The notes beneath the pieces were generated by a model. The model was not told the origin of the DNA and searched no databases. It was given only the letters and a program-made list of their open reading frames with translations. Below are positions 12,134-25,192 of a stretch of DNA of 64,000 bases, piece by piece. Each line of letters opens with the position of its first letter. Positions within the stretch are counted from its first letter, which is position 1. The stretch lies in assembly GCA_976551045.1 (NCBI GenBank), contig CDPCPM010000115.1, positions 8,122,001 to 8,186,000 on the forward strand, in the 5' to 3' direction. The DNA is from Glaucostegus cemiculus (Eukaryota). Both the position numbers and the translations under genes were made by a program.

Positions 12134-13383
12134 GCACCCACATCAGGTAGGTGGAGTGTTGAATGTGTACATCAAGTAGGTGGTGTGTTAATTGTGTACA
12201 GGCCTTGCCTGTGTTTCCTACTGTGTTGTTTAAGTTCACAGCCGCAAGACAGTCGTTATTGGAGGCCTTCTTCACTTTGCTGGGTTCTCCCTGTGGGTCT
12301 CCCTGCACCCACTGATCCCACACCCATAGTCTGCTTATCCTGGTGTGGGAATGAATGCAGAATCTGCCAGAGCCGGATTGAGCGACACCCAGGGCTACGA
12401 GCTCCAGTTGCTGGAAGTGGGAGCATCTGAGGGAAAAGGGGTGGCCTCTTGCCACAAAACAAGGCTGCGTGAATTTCTATTGAGGACGGGCATTGGACTG
12501 AATTATAATGTTTCATGATAATGCCTATGTATATCTAAAATATAATGCCTCATGTGGTCAAATAGCCAGTTGATTATTGGGCAGGATCTAGTACCCTAGG
12601 TCACCAGCATCAGAAATGAAAGTAAAAAGGAGGCAGGTAATGTCAATAAAGGGGCTAAAACCACTCAAGGATAGCTTTAATCTTATTATATTGTAATAAA
12701 ATTAAAGCTATCCTTCAATCCTAATATCATATAACCAGTGTCGAAATTGAGTCTTTTAAATGGTTGGGAATAATCCCAAGGGATTTTAAAATGAGACGCA
12801 CATGTAGCCTTTATACAGCTTGGCAAACGCAGGACCGTGCTATCTCATACCACGGAAGACTGCGTGGTTTTGCAAGGGGAAATTTATTACAGGCTCATGT
12901 CCCAGAAAATGCATGACCAATGGCAAATGAATTTGTCGACAGAGGGGTCTAATCCTAAACTGATCCACTCGAGTTGTTTTAAGTTGTGTCAGTTTGTAAA
13001 ACAGCAGAAAGAAGTTGGGGAAGCCAATAGGAACCTTATCCATATATGGGGTGAATAGAGGAGCATATCAGTGATCCGCTGAGAGTGGGTGAATCATCAT
13101 CGTTTGGTTACAGCATGGGGTTGCGGTACATAAAAACTATCTGAAGGAGAAACGGCAGAAGAGGAGCAAGGAAAAAGGCCAGAGAGCTTCAATGTTTTTC
13201 ATAAGACTGGGGGAGCTGCCAGCATTGGCACTCGTGGGCTGTGTCAGTAACCTGGTGCATTGTAATAATTAAGGTTATTGATGCTGCTGTGTGTTTGAAC
13301 AGATTGGGGTTGGAAAACATGAAATAAACTCAGGGAAAGACTCCAAGCAAAAAATTTCCAACGTTCTGACTATAGAAACATTG

Positions 13384-14017
13384 TCACAGTGGTGCAGTTA
13401 GTAGAGCTGCTGCCTCACAGTGCCAGAGACCTGGGTTCAATTGGGTGCTGTCTGTGTGTAGTTTGCGTGTTCTCCCTGTGGCCACGTGGGTTTCCTCCAG
13501 GGGCTCCCATTTCCTCCCACGTCCAAAAGACATGTAGGTTGGTAGGTGAATTGACTATCATGGGCAGCACAATAGCGTAGCGGTTAGCGCGACGCTGTTA
13601 CAGCGCCAGCGATCGGGGTTCAATTCCCATCGCTGTCTGTAAGGAGTTTGTACGTTCTCCTGGGTCTGCGTGGGTTTCCACCGGGTGCTCCGGTTTCCTC
13701 CCACATTCTGAAAGACATACCGGTAGATTAATTTGGGGGGTTAAAATGGGCGGCGCGGACTCGTTGGGCTGAAAGGGCCTGTTACCATGCTGCAAACAAA
13801 CAAACAAACAAATAAATAAATTGATAAATTGCCCGTACTGTGTAGGAGAGTGGTGGAATCGGTGGTGGGGGTAGGGGGGTGTGGAGTTGATGGAAATGTG
13901 GGAAATTTTTTTTTTAAATCTGATTAATGCCGATTAATATAGGATTAGTAAGTGGGTGATTGATGGTCGGCATGGATCTGGTGGGACAAAGGGCCTGTTC
14001 TATAGCTTTATGACTCT
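13384..14017 (+). mobile_element. HE1-like SINE, host of a nested SINE
   Basis: Head at 13384; the body resumes at about 13825 (TAAATTGCCC) and ends in the tail ATGACTCTAT. Confidence 0.85.
13562..13820 (+). mobile_element. Younger CpG-rich tRNA-derived SINE (second family)
   Basis: GGGCAGCAC..TAGCGTAGCGGTTAGCGCG..GGTTCAATTCC head and (CAAA)n(TAAA)n tail; homologue at 36045-36296. Confidence 0.88.
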
Positions 14018-14574
14018 ATTGTCTATATGTATGAACTTGCTTGGTACACTGGATTTTATGTAAACCACAGCAAACCCTCCAGTCCTGCAGAATCTGAACA
14101 TGAGGTGCAAAAAGTTTGTGTTGGGTGTTAAGTTTGATAGCCTCTGGAAACAGGGGCATGGTTACAATGTATGATTGGCCCTCACCCATTTGAAGTAATG
14201 CAGGAAAGTTGTAAACTTCACTTTGGCTGCTGATGATCATGATTCCTGGGTGCCGTCTGTACTTGTCACTCACTGATTTGGTTGCATTCACCAACAGGGG
14301 GTCCAATTTACTCAGCATGCTTAAAAGCGGCATGCAACTTTTGGGGTCAAAGATGACTTGGCTCCCTCAAAGGGCAAAATGCCTGTGTGTGCACTCTTTC
14401 AACATGACATAGGTGTTGCACACAACCCGTCAGGCTGATAGGACCTGAAAATAAAAGGAACGTCCAGGGCAATTGCAGACCAGGCTCTGTGGCCTGTCAA
14501 AGATGCTTTGTGTGCAGATGTTGGATTAGGTGCATAATTGGAAAAAACACAGGGCGAGACAGAAATATAGTTCA

Positions 14575-14655
14575 CGAGTTCTGATGAAAGGTCTTCAGCC
14601 TGAAATAGATGCTGTCTGACCTGCTGAGTTTTTTTTCCAGAGTTTTCTGGGTTTT
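14575..14655 (+). mobile_element. Penelope-type repeat fragment with hammerhead-like core
   Basis: GTTCTGATGAAAGGTCTTCAGCCTGAAA..AGATGCTGTCTGACCTGCTGAGT. Confidence 0.65.
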
Positions 14656-14804
14656 TTTGGAATAGGAAATATAGATTAACTGGAAAAAAAAGGAAGGAAG
14701 ATTTCAATTAATTTAGCCGCTTTTAGTTAGTTCACAGCTTCAGAACATCCCAAGTGGTTTTTATACCTGATCAAAAACTTTCAGGAGTGTAGGCTCTAAT
14801 ACGA

Positions 14805-15030
14805 GTGGGAGAGCGAAGTGGGGGAGGGGTTTAGATGGAGAGAGAGGGAGAATGGGGAACTGTAGAGTAGGAGAAGGGAACATGGAAGGGCCAAGGAAAT
14901 GAGGGAGGGATGTCTGAGGGATGGGATAAGGCGAATGTTCTAAAGGAAGGAAGTTAGGGTTAGGGTAAAGAGGCTTGATGGAGGGAAGAGTTTAGAGGAG
15001 GTGAGGGATGGGGATGTGGTCAAGGGTGGT
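14805..15030. repeat. Purine (G/A)-rich low-complexity tract
   Basis: GGA/GGG/GAA-dominated sequence. Confidence 0.7.
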
Positions 15031-15314
15031 GTTTGTGTCCATATGCTCAGAGTGAATGTATTGGGGGGGGTGAAAGTAACATGTGCGTAGGCATCTATGT
15101 GTATTCAAGCTGCACTAGTGAAAGTTTCTGTGTACGGAATACAACTTGGGCGCATCTAGGGCACCCACCCAAGTATTATGGCATTGCACTTGAGGTCTCA
15201 GCAGAGAAGGTAGAAAGGAGGAGGGATGTCCTTTATCTAGAGGGCTCACATAGTGAAAGAGTACTGAAAGCAGATAGTCATGGAGATCAATGAACGCGGA
15301 CCAATTTGCAGTGC

Positions 15315-16641
15315 AACAAGCATTTGGAAAGGCAAGGACTGATTAGTCAACGTGGCTTTGTGCATGGGAAATTATGTCTTACAAATTAATTGACTTTTTT
15401 TGATGAGGTGACTGAGCGGATTGATGAAGGCAGGGTGGTAACATTGTCTACGTGGATTTTAGCAAGGCTTATGACAAGGTCTGGCATGGTTGGCTTGTCC
15501 AGAAGATCAGGTCACATGGGATCCAGGGTAAGCTACCTAACTGGATGAAAAATTGGCTTGGTGGTAGGAGTCAGAAGGTGGTAGTGGAGGGTTGTTTTTC
15601 AAATTGAAGGCCTGTGACCAGCAGTGTGCTACAGGGATCAGTGCTGGGTCCTCTGTTGTTTGTCATCTATGTTAATGGTATGGAAGAGGATGTAGGTAGC
15701 ATGGTTAGTTTATGGATGACACCAAAATTGGTGGTGTAGTGGGCAGTGAAGAAGGTTGTCTAAGATTACAACATAATCTAAGTGAGCTGGGCCAAGGAAT
15801 GGCAGATGGAATTTAACTTGGACAAGGGCAAAGTGTTGCATTTTTGGAAGTTAAACCAGGACAGGACTTACAAGGTATATGGCAGGGCCCTGGTGGGTGT
15901 TCTGGAACAAAGAGACCAAGGGTACAAGTACAACATACAAGTACAAGTCTTAAAGTAGCAACACAGTTAGACAGGGTGGTGAAGAAAGCATTTGGCATGC
16001 TTGCCTTCATCAGTCAGGACACTAAGCACAGGAATTGGAATGTCATATCACAGCTGTACAAGACATTGATGAGACTACACTTAGAATATAGTGTGCAGTT
16101 CTGGTTGCCGAACTATAGGAAGGATGTCATTAACCTGAAAAGGATCCAGAAAAAATCCATGAAGACTGGAGCACTTGAGTTATAAGGAGAGAATGGATAG
16201 GCAGGGGCTGTTTTCCCTGGAGGTGACCTGTTAGGGGTATAGAAAATCAATAGGGACATAGATAAGGTGAATGGTCACCCAGGGTAGGGGAGTCTAAAAC
16301 TAGAGGGCATAGGTTTAAGGTGAGAGGGAAAGGAGGGGAAGCAGGAAGAAGAGGAGGAGGAAGAGGAAGAGGTGAAGGAGGTGCAGGAGGAGGAAGAGGA
16401 GGGGGACATGAGGGGCAACTTTCCCATACAGAGAGTGTGGAATGAGCTGTCAGAGGAAGTGGTATAGGTGGGAACAATCACAATGTTTAAAAGGCATTTA
16501 AACAGGTTTAAATAGGAAAGATTTAGAGGGATATGGGCAAAATGCAGGTCAATGTGACTAACTCAAGTAGGCACCTTGGTTGGCATGGATGAGTTGGGCC
16601 TGTTTCTGTTCTGCATAACTCTGTGACTCTAATGACTCTAA
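15315..16641 (+). mobile_element. CR1 LINE ORF2 (RT) plus 3' end, decayed
   Basis: [44 protein letters not shown] and LYKTLMRLHLEYSVQFWLP motifs across frameshifts; tail CTCTGTGACTCTAATGACTCTA. Confidence 0.93.
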
Positions 16642-17469
16642 GTGGATAAGATGACTGTCAGAGTTGGCATGGCTCAGTGAATATTATCTCCTTCCAACTG
16701 CTTCAGATGTTCAGTTCACCCCCATACCGATGCCTGCTGGGCAGGACACATACCCAGCCTGCACTTGCTTCACAACACCTAGCACTGCTGCAAATCTCAC
16801 TCCCAAGTCTCAAATCCTGCAGGTACCGCTAGCTATCCCAACCTGACAAGCCGATCCTCAGGCTGATGTTAGATTCCATTCACAGAAAGGTTAGTGGAAG
16901 GTCAGACTTCTGCCACCGTGACTGTGGGTGCCTGCGTGCAAAAGGGCCTGTATACTGTCACACTGACACACAAACTGGTGCTCTAACAGATGACTCAAAT
17001 TCCTGAGGTTCTGCACTGGGAGAAGGACTGTGGCTCCCCAGGGCATGAATCAGCTCGATGTCAGCAGTCATATTCCAACTGCTGCCACTTTGCGAGTGTG
17101 CTCGCAGTGTTCTGAAAGTTGGCCAGGCGGCTCATGCACTCTAAAGCTGGACAACAGAACAGCTGAGGGTCGCTCTCCAAGCTCACCTGCAGATTCCTCA
17201 CTCAAAGTCACTATTCCTCCACGATCCGCTGCCTATAACTCAGGTAGTGTTTAATAGTTTAATAGCTTTAAAACAGTCATTGCAATATGGCATTATTTAA
17301 TTTATAAACTTGATTTGGATGTTTGTTTTGCATTTACTTTTGCATTGTGGCCAAGCGAGTGATGTTGTCGATCAATGATGGAGGGGCACTCGGGAGTGTG
17401 GGACTGCTGCTGAATGGGCAATTGGATTTATATCACTGACAGTGCATTTTAATTCCTGCATATCCCAGG

Positions 17470-17632
17470 CAGAGGGAATAACTGGAATTTTCTGCCCCAG
17501 AGGGATGTGGAGGCCACATCAGTAGGAGCATTTAAAGAGGAGGTAGGCAATTTTTGAGGGCTATGGGGAACTGGCACAGAGGAGGAGTTGAGGCTTAAGG
17601 GGCCTACTCCTGCTCCTATTGACATGTTCATG
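17470..17632 (+). mobile_element. CR1 3' fragment
   Basis: CTGGAATTTTCTGCCCCAGAGG..GGCCTACTCCTGCTCCTAT. Confidence 0.7.
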
Positions 17633-17654
17633 TGAACTATACAGGTAGTAGCCT

Positions 17655-17785
17655 CCCTACTGCTGCCTCCTCCTCCTTCTCTTCCTCATACTGCTTTACC
17701 TGTACTTCATCCTCCTCCCCCTCTTCCTTCTGCCCCCCTTTTCTTCCACCACCTCCTGCTGTCCCCTCCTCCTCCTCCTCATCTT
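17655..17785. repeat. (CCT)n-like low-complexity tract
   Basis: Degenerate CCT/CTT triplets. Confidence 0.8.
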
Positions 17786-18119
17786 TTAATCCACTTGCTA
17801 TTGCTGGGAGTGGGCTTGTCCATACAGAGGCTTTCAAGTCATGCTGGTTGGATGCTGTTGCTTGTGATTGACATCATGACCTGAGCATTCAGCAGTCTGA
17901 CAGTAGACGTTCACTACAGACATTAACACCTTTCACCAGGGTGGTGTGCAACATGATTTATGTCAGATCTGGGTGGTGCACTGCTGGTACCATTTGAAAA
18001 CCCTAAGGCCCTTCATGGAGTACAAAAAAGCAATACTTAAGGATGTTTTTAATTATTAACTAATTCATTTAGTAAATTAGCCACTTCTTGAAACAACTTC
18101 TTTTTATGCAGAAGCCTTG

Positions 18120-18335
18120 AAGCTAGCAGGGTATTTCGCAGCAGAGTGGTGCCTCACAGTTTCAGTGACACAGATTCAACCCTGATCTTGATCGCTGTCT
18201 GTGTGGAGTTTGCACATTCTCCCTGTGACTGTTGGTTTCCTTCGGGTACTTTATCCCAAGGATGTGTGGATTTGTAAATTAATTGGCTGCTATAAGTTAC
18301 CCATGGTGTGCAGGTGGGTGGTGGAATCTATGGGG
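18120..18335 (+). mobile_element. HE1-like SINE, decayed
   Basis: GCCTCACAG..GCTGTCTGTGTGGAGTTTGCACATTCTCCCTGTGAC. Confidence 0.75.
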
Positions 18336-19014
18336 TGTTAATAAGCAAATGCAACTTCACTCCCTCGCGACTTTTGCAACTTGAAGCAGTGATGCAAAGC
18401 ATCAAACACTTGGAGAAATGTAGCAATAACTTATGGAGGACAGGAGGCAGCAGCCCTAATGTTGCAGGCTGGCTCTGCTGTATGCCCCCATATTGCAATG
18501 CTTTTACTGGCAAAGAAGTTGATCCACTGGAACTTATTCCTATGGTAGGAAGTGGATTGGTGTGGAGATTGAGTGTTGGCAACACAAAGGTTCATCTTTC
18601 ATATTTGTTCATATTTTCAGTTTTGCCAAATTACATGGCTTTGCACTTATCTTACAGTACTTATTCCATATTAATAGTTTCTAATTACATTACATTGTCT
18701 GTGCATAGCTTTCAAAAATTATGAGCATTTCCTTTTCATTATAGATATATTCCATCTCAATCTTCCATCAACATAAATTTTAGTTTATTTCAAAACATTC
18801 TAGTCAGATCTCACTTAAGCTGAGCATTTTGTTGAGAAAGTTTGTAAAATCTACATTGTCAAAGTTCATTGTCCAAGCTTACACATGAGGAATGATAACT
18901 TACTTGAGCTTACTTCTAGAGGGTACCCACACATTGGGAACTGAAGCAACTGAGGGAGGTAAGCAGAGGCGAGACAAATGAACATAATGTTGGAACAATA
19001 AACGTCATTCCTTC

Positions 19015-19225
19015 TGAATAAGGACTCACCCACTTAACACTTAGCTGAGAATGAATTTCTTCTCCCAGAGTGAGATGAAATTTGGAATTCTCTTCCCCAG
19101 AGATCTGAGGAGGCTATTATCATTAAACATGTTTGAGGCTGACATACAAGGAATCAGGGACTCTGGGGAACAAGCAGGGAAGTGGAGCTCCTGGCAGACC
19201 AGGCCTGCTCCTGTTCCTATTTCTC
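19015..19225 (+). mobile_element. CR1 3' fragment
   Basis: AATTTCTTCTCCCAGAG..TGGAATTCTCTTCCCCAGAG..GCCTGCTCCTGTTCCTAT. Confidence 0.7.
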
Positions 19226-19539
19226 ACTCCAATGTTTTTAAGGTGTGGTTTTTAAGGTGTGGTTGGCAACTCACATACAAATCACACAGGTTCAGGAACA
19301 AGAATAGACCAGTTAATTACAAACAATGACAGAAAGTCTCTCTGTCCATCTGTGACACTGAGCTTTGCAACATATTCACCTAAATCCATGTGATTTCCTG
19401 GGAGAAGTTAAAATGTCCTCAGCCAGTTTATAATATGTAGTCCAGAAAATTTCTTTCCATCTCTTGAGGACAAAGAGGAAAGCTGCAGGTGTCCTTCGTA
19501 ATCTCTGGACACTAAGTCTTATGGAAGGTACATGCAATT

Positions 19540-19836
19540 GCAATGTATTCCACTTGCAGAAACTTGTTCAGTTGCTCATTAAAAGCCTGCAGCAAAGTCT
19601 GGCTTTTGACATGTTCTGCCAATTTCTTCCACAGTTCTCTTGTCCTCAACTATCCATTGATGTCCAACCTCTGGTTTATTCATTGCCACAGGTTCAAAAT
19701 GATCAAACTCTCTACCTTTCAGCATTGTGGTTACCTCACCTTACCAAATACTGCTGGTTCAAGAAGGCAGCTCACCATGATGGACAAACAGTAAATTCTG
19801 GCCTTAACAGCACCACCGACATCCCATGAACGAATT
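19540..19836 (+). mobile_element. LINE 3' end (same family as 33722-34790)
   Basis: GGTTCAAGAAGGCAGCTCACCA..CTGGCC..ACATCCCATGAACGAAT matches the reverse complement of about 33722-33830. Confidence 0.6.
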
Positions 19837-19984
19837 ACAGAAAAGCTTTTGATCTCATCTTGTCCTCCTTTCCCTATTTAGCTTGATTAATTATCCACCA
19901 CCATAACTACTTCCTTCCTAATTTCAGCCATACCACTGCCAGAGTGAAGAGAGTGAAGTCCCATTTTAAGACTGCAAAACCACA

Positions 19985-20200
19985 AGTAGGGACAGGTGAA
20001 GGTCATTCAGCCTGCTCCACCTTTCAACAGTATGTCTGATCAGAATCCACTTCCCTGCCCATTCCCCATGGCTCTCGACTCCCTTACCGATTAAAATTCT
20101 AATTACTTCAGTATTAAATATACCCAAGAATTCTGGCTCTACAGCTTGTGTGGCAAGGAGGTTCAGATTCATAGCCCTCTGAGAGAAGAAACTGTTCCTC
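19985..20200 (-). mobile_element. CR1 3' fragment
   Basis: GGTCATTCAGCC..CCCATTCCCC..CTCTACAGC..GGCAAGGAG..CCCTCTGAGAGAAGAA. Confidence 0.7.
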
Positions 20201-22189
20201 GTTCACTTAACTGGACTTTCTTGAACCCAGAGACAAACTATGATAGGAACATCCTTAACAAGGAATGCTCAAGTTGCATTTGATTCAGTTGTTTTTAATC
20301 TTGAGCAGCTTACAGTTCCCAGAGCTCAGTAAATTGGTGAGTGAAATGGATGCAAGTTAAAGCAGCAGCTCAGTTACTGTCACATCTGAATAAAAACACA
20401 CTCTCTTTAAGCTATTTGAATCTGTTCTTGCACCCACAACTGTTTCTCAGTTTACTTCTGACTGGAGGAATGCATATGATCACAAGGGGTCCTATTGTTC
20501 CGGTTAACAGAACAAGGAGCAGCTGCTGAGAATGGACTTACTGAGGTGGACTGGTGTGCACATGTTCAAGAGTATATCTAAGGCACACTCACAATGTGAT
20601 TGCAATAGTGGCTGGGCCACATGGCAAACTCAAACTGTTTAATGACTACCCTCTGCCTTGATCAAGTGCCAATCCATTTTAAAATCTGACTCAGAGCCCC
20701 ATACTTAACAACTTTGAGCCACACTATACAGTGTGTCTATATTAAAACTAAACCCTCTGCCCCTCAGATCCCCCACATTATACAAGGAAGAGCAGAGGTT
20801 TCTTGATGGCTGAACTTTTGAAAGTATTGATCTCAATATTTATCCCTGCTATAAAAGGACCATCATTTATTTCAGAGGACTTCACTGTGGCTAAATTGCA
20901 ACAGGAACTGTCTCTCTAAAATATTGGATTGGCTAAGGACATAACAGATGCTATAGACATCCAAGTTAATTTAAAGACATTCCTAAAGGTAAATATAGAT
21001 TGTAAACTTTGTGATTTCTTCATAAATGTTGTCAATACCCTCCATTTCCAAAAGCCTTGTTGGTGATGCTTAATAGTTTCTTCATTGATAGTATGAGTCC
21101 TTCTACCAATCTCCCCATAAGTAATACAAAACTAATATCATTCCCAGATTCTGACACATTGTCCTTAAACATAGCCATTAATTGGCTGCCTTCAATTCAT
21201 GATAAAAGTCCTGGATTACAACACCTGAAAGGAGAAATGTTGGGAAACTCCCTTAATGATTGCCTCCTCCTTTTCTATATTAATGTTGATCAGTATGTAG
21301 GAAGGTGAATTTCAAAAGCAACAGGATGTTTCTGGAAGTTTTTTTGAGAATATAGGTTTAGAATACAAATTGAGATGGAGCAAATTGCAAGGAACTCATA
21401 CTTAGAGTAAGCTATTATTCTTTGATTTTCCTCTTACCTTACACTAGTCCATTTGTTGTGGACAGTTCCACTAAGAACATTTTCTAATTTTAGCTCCTAC
21501 AATAAAAGCATACTCAGTTGATCTTCCTGTACAGTACCATTGCTCCCGCTTCAATGTGTTGGTTTTATTCAGGAAACCAAGAAGCATAAATTAGAATGCA
21601 AGAAGCTTGATAACTGAAGTGAGGTGTCATACCCCGGAGTAAATCAAAGAGCAGGATTTGCTACCGAAAGGCCACAAACTCCCACTGAAAGTCACAGGTT
21701 TTGTGTAATGACAAGTAGTTTGCCCTTGGAGCATTTAAGAGACCCGGATAATGCTCTGTCTCATTTTTATTTCAAGAGCTACAAATCCTTTTCCACACAG
21801 CCCAAGATTATCTTTATTGCTCTTCTTTGAATTTGTTTGATTGCATGAATGTACTTGTAAACCTATCTGACTTTTCAGGACCTCTAGTATTAGATAACAA
21901 GTAGCATAAGGACAAAGAGAAAACACTGCATGTTTGTTTATTAAATGTTCTCACTCTTGAATATCACATTACATTACTCTTAGTAATACATGCATTTGAA
22001 ATCATGAAGAAATGGATTAACAATTTGAAAAACTAGTGCTTTCATCTTCAAAAGGCACCAGGATCATTTGGAACATATCCAAAAATCCTTAAGAAAAGGG
22101 AGCTATGTCTTCCTGTGTTTACACTCTATTCAAAACAACACTAACAAGATTAGAAAAAGATTTGCTGATCTAACTTTCTAGAAAAAATT

Positions 22190-22900
22190 ATGTTGCTAAG
22201 AATTATATGCCTGTTAGCTTGATGCACAGAGTCTATTTTAAACAAACTTACTCTATATCTTTAGGGCTATAACACAATTTGCCAGTGATAGTTGTGGTTA
22301 GTTTTCATATGAGATATTTGGTATGGTGCAAGACAAGAGCCTCATGTCTAATGGAGTCAAAGCTCAAGAGACAAAGGAGGAAGTAGTAAATTGGATAATA
22401 GATTGGCTAAATAATGCAGAACAAAGGGTAGTGATCAATAACAGTAAGTTCCAAAGAGCAGCTGTGACTAAAGAATTATTTGAAGGTTCCTACTGCACCC
22501 TCTGCAACTCATAATATTTATAAGTGATCTTGATGAAAGTATTAAAAGTAAAATGTCTATTTCCAGATGACACCAAGTTGTGTGGAAATCTGGTCTTTGA
22601 AGGGGAGTGATGGAATTCAAGGAGTATAACCAAGCAGATGGCATGCAATGTAATGTATTTTTATACTGTAATTGTGAATATGGTTAAATTATAGATTATA
22701 TCATTAAATTGAATCAGGAAGAACATCTGGTTTAATAGTTGCATTTTCCACTGTTGCTTTGTCATCTTCCCGATGCACAGTGAATCCAGAATGTGGATTT
22801 TAAAAGGAGAAATTATTCATAATTGTGTAAGACTAGATGTGGAAAAAGTACCCAGTTGGAGTTAGAGTCAGTGGAAATGATACAAGTAAAGGCATCAGAA
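22190..22900 (+). mobile_element. Old CR1-group RT fragment
   Basis: AATTATATGCCTGTTAGCTTG (NY-PVSL), VVNWIIDWLNNAEQRVVIN and CCAGATGACACCAAGTTG (DDTKL). Confidence 0.65.
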
Positions 22901-23399
22901 GCAATTCTTGCTTTTAGGTAGCCTGGTGTGCAGACTTTGAATTTTAACAAAGCAACAAGTTCCAGAGCTGGTGGGGTGCGCTGCGCTTTTGTGGCTGGAT
23001 GTGAATGCTAGCTGGGGCTTCCCAAGGTGATTAGGATTGGCCTGCTGATTGGTGCAGGTTGGTCAAATGATACTCAAGGTAGAGTGGGACGGTGATCGGA
23101 GGCTGTGTGGATGGAGGTCAGGAATTCCGAATGGTGGTTGGGGGCAGCAGGTGACAATTAGAAGATTCAATGGCACACATAGGGGCTCAGGGGATGCAGA
23201 AAACATGGCTAGGACATGAAAACATCCTGGGTGGCAAGCACTTACCTCATGATCTAAACGCTTGTCTCCAACCTTAAAAAATTTGGCTGACCCAACTGCC
23301 TGCATTTGAAGGCTCAGTATCTTAGTACAAGTTATGTGGGAGGTCAGCAGGTATGGTATTCCTGCCCATAAGGACAGTCGTCAGACTTATATTAAAGTC

Positions 23400-23688
23400 A
23401 CAGAGACATACTGCAGTCCACCGAGCCTACGCCAACCATCAACCACTTTTTCGCACTCATCCAATTTTATTCTCCCCACATTCTAATCAACTTCCTCCAG
23501 ATCCTACCATTCATCTACACACTGGGATCAATTTACAGCAGCTAATCAACCCACCAACCTGCACTCCTTTGGGATGTGGGAGGAAACTGGAGCACCCAGA
23601 GGAAACCTCAGCAGTCACAGGGGAAACATGCAAACTCCACACAGACAGCATCCAACATCAGGATTGAGCCCAGATTTCTGGTGCTGCC
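23400..23688 (-). mobile_element. HE1-like SINE
   Basis: GGGATGTGGGAGGAAACTGGAGCACCC..AACATGCAAACTCCACACAGACAGCA. Confidence 0.85.
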
Positions 23689-23689
23689 A

Positions 23690-24085
23690 TAGAGAAGTTA
23701 CACAGCATGGAAAGAGGCCCTTCAGCCCAACTCATCCATGCTGACCAAGTTGCCTACTTGAGCTCATCCCATTTGCCTGCACTTGGGTCATGTATCTCTA
23801 AATCTTCCCTATCCACGTACCTGTCCAAATGTATTTTAAACATTGTAATTGCACCCACCTCTACAACTTCCTCTGGCAGCTCATACCACATACCACCACC
23901 TTCTGTGTGAATAACTTGCCCTTCACCCTTTAAACCTTTCCCCTGTCATCTTAAACCTATGCCCTCTATTTTTAGACTCCCCTATCTTGGGAAAGAGACT
24001 GACCATTCACCCTATCGACACCACCCATGATTTCATAAACCTCTATAAGGTTGTCCCTCAGCCTCCTGCACACCAGAGGGGGAAA
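23690..24085 (-). mobile_element. CR1 3' fragment
   Basis: Reverse-complement homologue of 16220-16620 (RRLRDNLIEVYEIMGGVDRVN). Confidence 0.85.
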
Positions 24086-24844
24086 AATTAGCATATCCAA
24101 CATATCTAGCAGCTCTACCAGCTGAATCACTGTGCCATCCTGCGTTAAATAAAGCTGACGTGATTCTTCTGGCCCAAGGTTAGTGCGGGCAGGGGTTATG
24201 GACAAGGCACAGTCCACACTAGCTCTAAAACCCACTCCCATTCTGAGTGAGAAAATGAGGGCTAGTAACCTCGTTACAATATCTTCTATGTTCCACCAAT
24301 GGTTTGGTCACAAAATCCTCATTCCCACCTTCACTGAAACCTGAAGTGGGCAAGTTCAGGATGGGTTGCTTTGCTTTGACGCATTTTTGTTTTGCAACTT
24401 AACTCCTGAATCAGCCCTGAGAAACTAAGGCCAGGAATTTCCTCCAAGTTGTTCTGACTCCAATGCATTTTGCCAGAGGTTCAGTGGAAAACCAGCTACT
24501 GATGAAGTTAAAACAGAAAAGCAGTTTCAAGGCCAAAACATGATTCATGATCAGGATAAGGAGCAAGTACCTAAATTTTAAATATAAGGAACTTTACAGC
24601 TGGAAATGGAAGAACAGATTCACTCCAAAAGAGCGTGGGTGACCAGCTCAGGAGTAATGGCAGGATCCTCTAGTACCGAGAGTTGAATGAAGGGTTTCTC
24701 GTGTGTGGAAATGTGAGCGCCCGTGCACAAGGCCAGGGCATCAAGAAGACCTGTAACGGCCAGCGAAGCAGGCTCTGCTATACAGGTCCTGTTGGAGGTA
24801 CAGCAGCCACACATGGATAGCTCCCACACATGCACTAATGACCA

Positions 24845-24978
24845 GCTCATCAAAAAAGGCAGCTTCTCCATCAGTGCAGCACTTCCTCAGTACCACACTG
24901 AAGTCTCAGCCTGGAATTCTGTTCTGGGGTGGACGTAGAACCCAAAGCCTCTGAGTCGTAACACCCACTGAGCCATAC
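24845..24978 (-). mobile_element. Deu-domain SINE 5' part
   Basis: CAGTGCAGCACTTCCTCAGTAC..GAACCCAAAGCCTCTGAGTC..CCACTGAGCCA; similar to 6930-7110. Confidence 0.55.
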
Positions 24979-25192
24979 ATGGTGGTAGGGGTGCATTTTG
25001 GATGCCTCCTTGCTTCCATACTGCTTTGAAGTTCTGAAAATGGAGTACTACATGCAACTTTGGTCTCCTCACACAAGAAGACAAAACAGTTCCGAGTCAG
25101 TGTGACATGGATTCACTAGACCTTTTCCTGGTATGAGGGAGTTATTCTGTGAGAAGAGATTGAGGTAAACTGGCCAATACATTCAGGAGTCC

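Noticed and set aside
13562-13635. tRNA-like A/B boxes here and at other SINE heads as tRNA genes
   Set aside because: They continue into SINE bodies and tails and do not form a complete cloverleaf.
17637-17837. Acidic Glu-rich ORF on the - strand
   Set aside because: It is the translation of a (CCT)n-like tract, with no splice or homology support.
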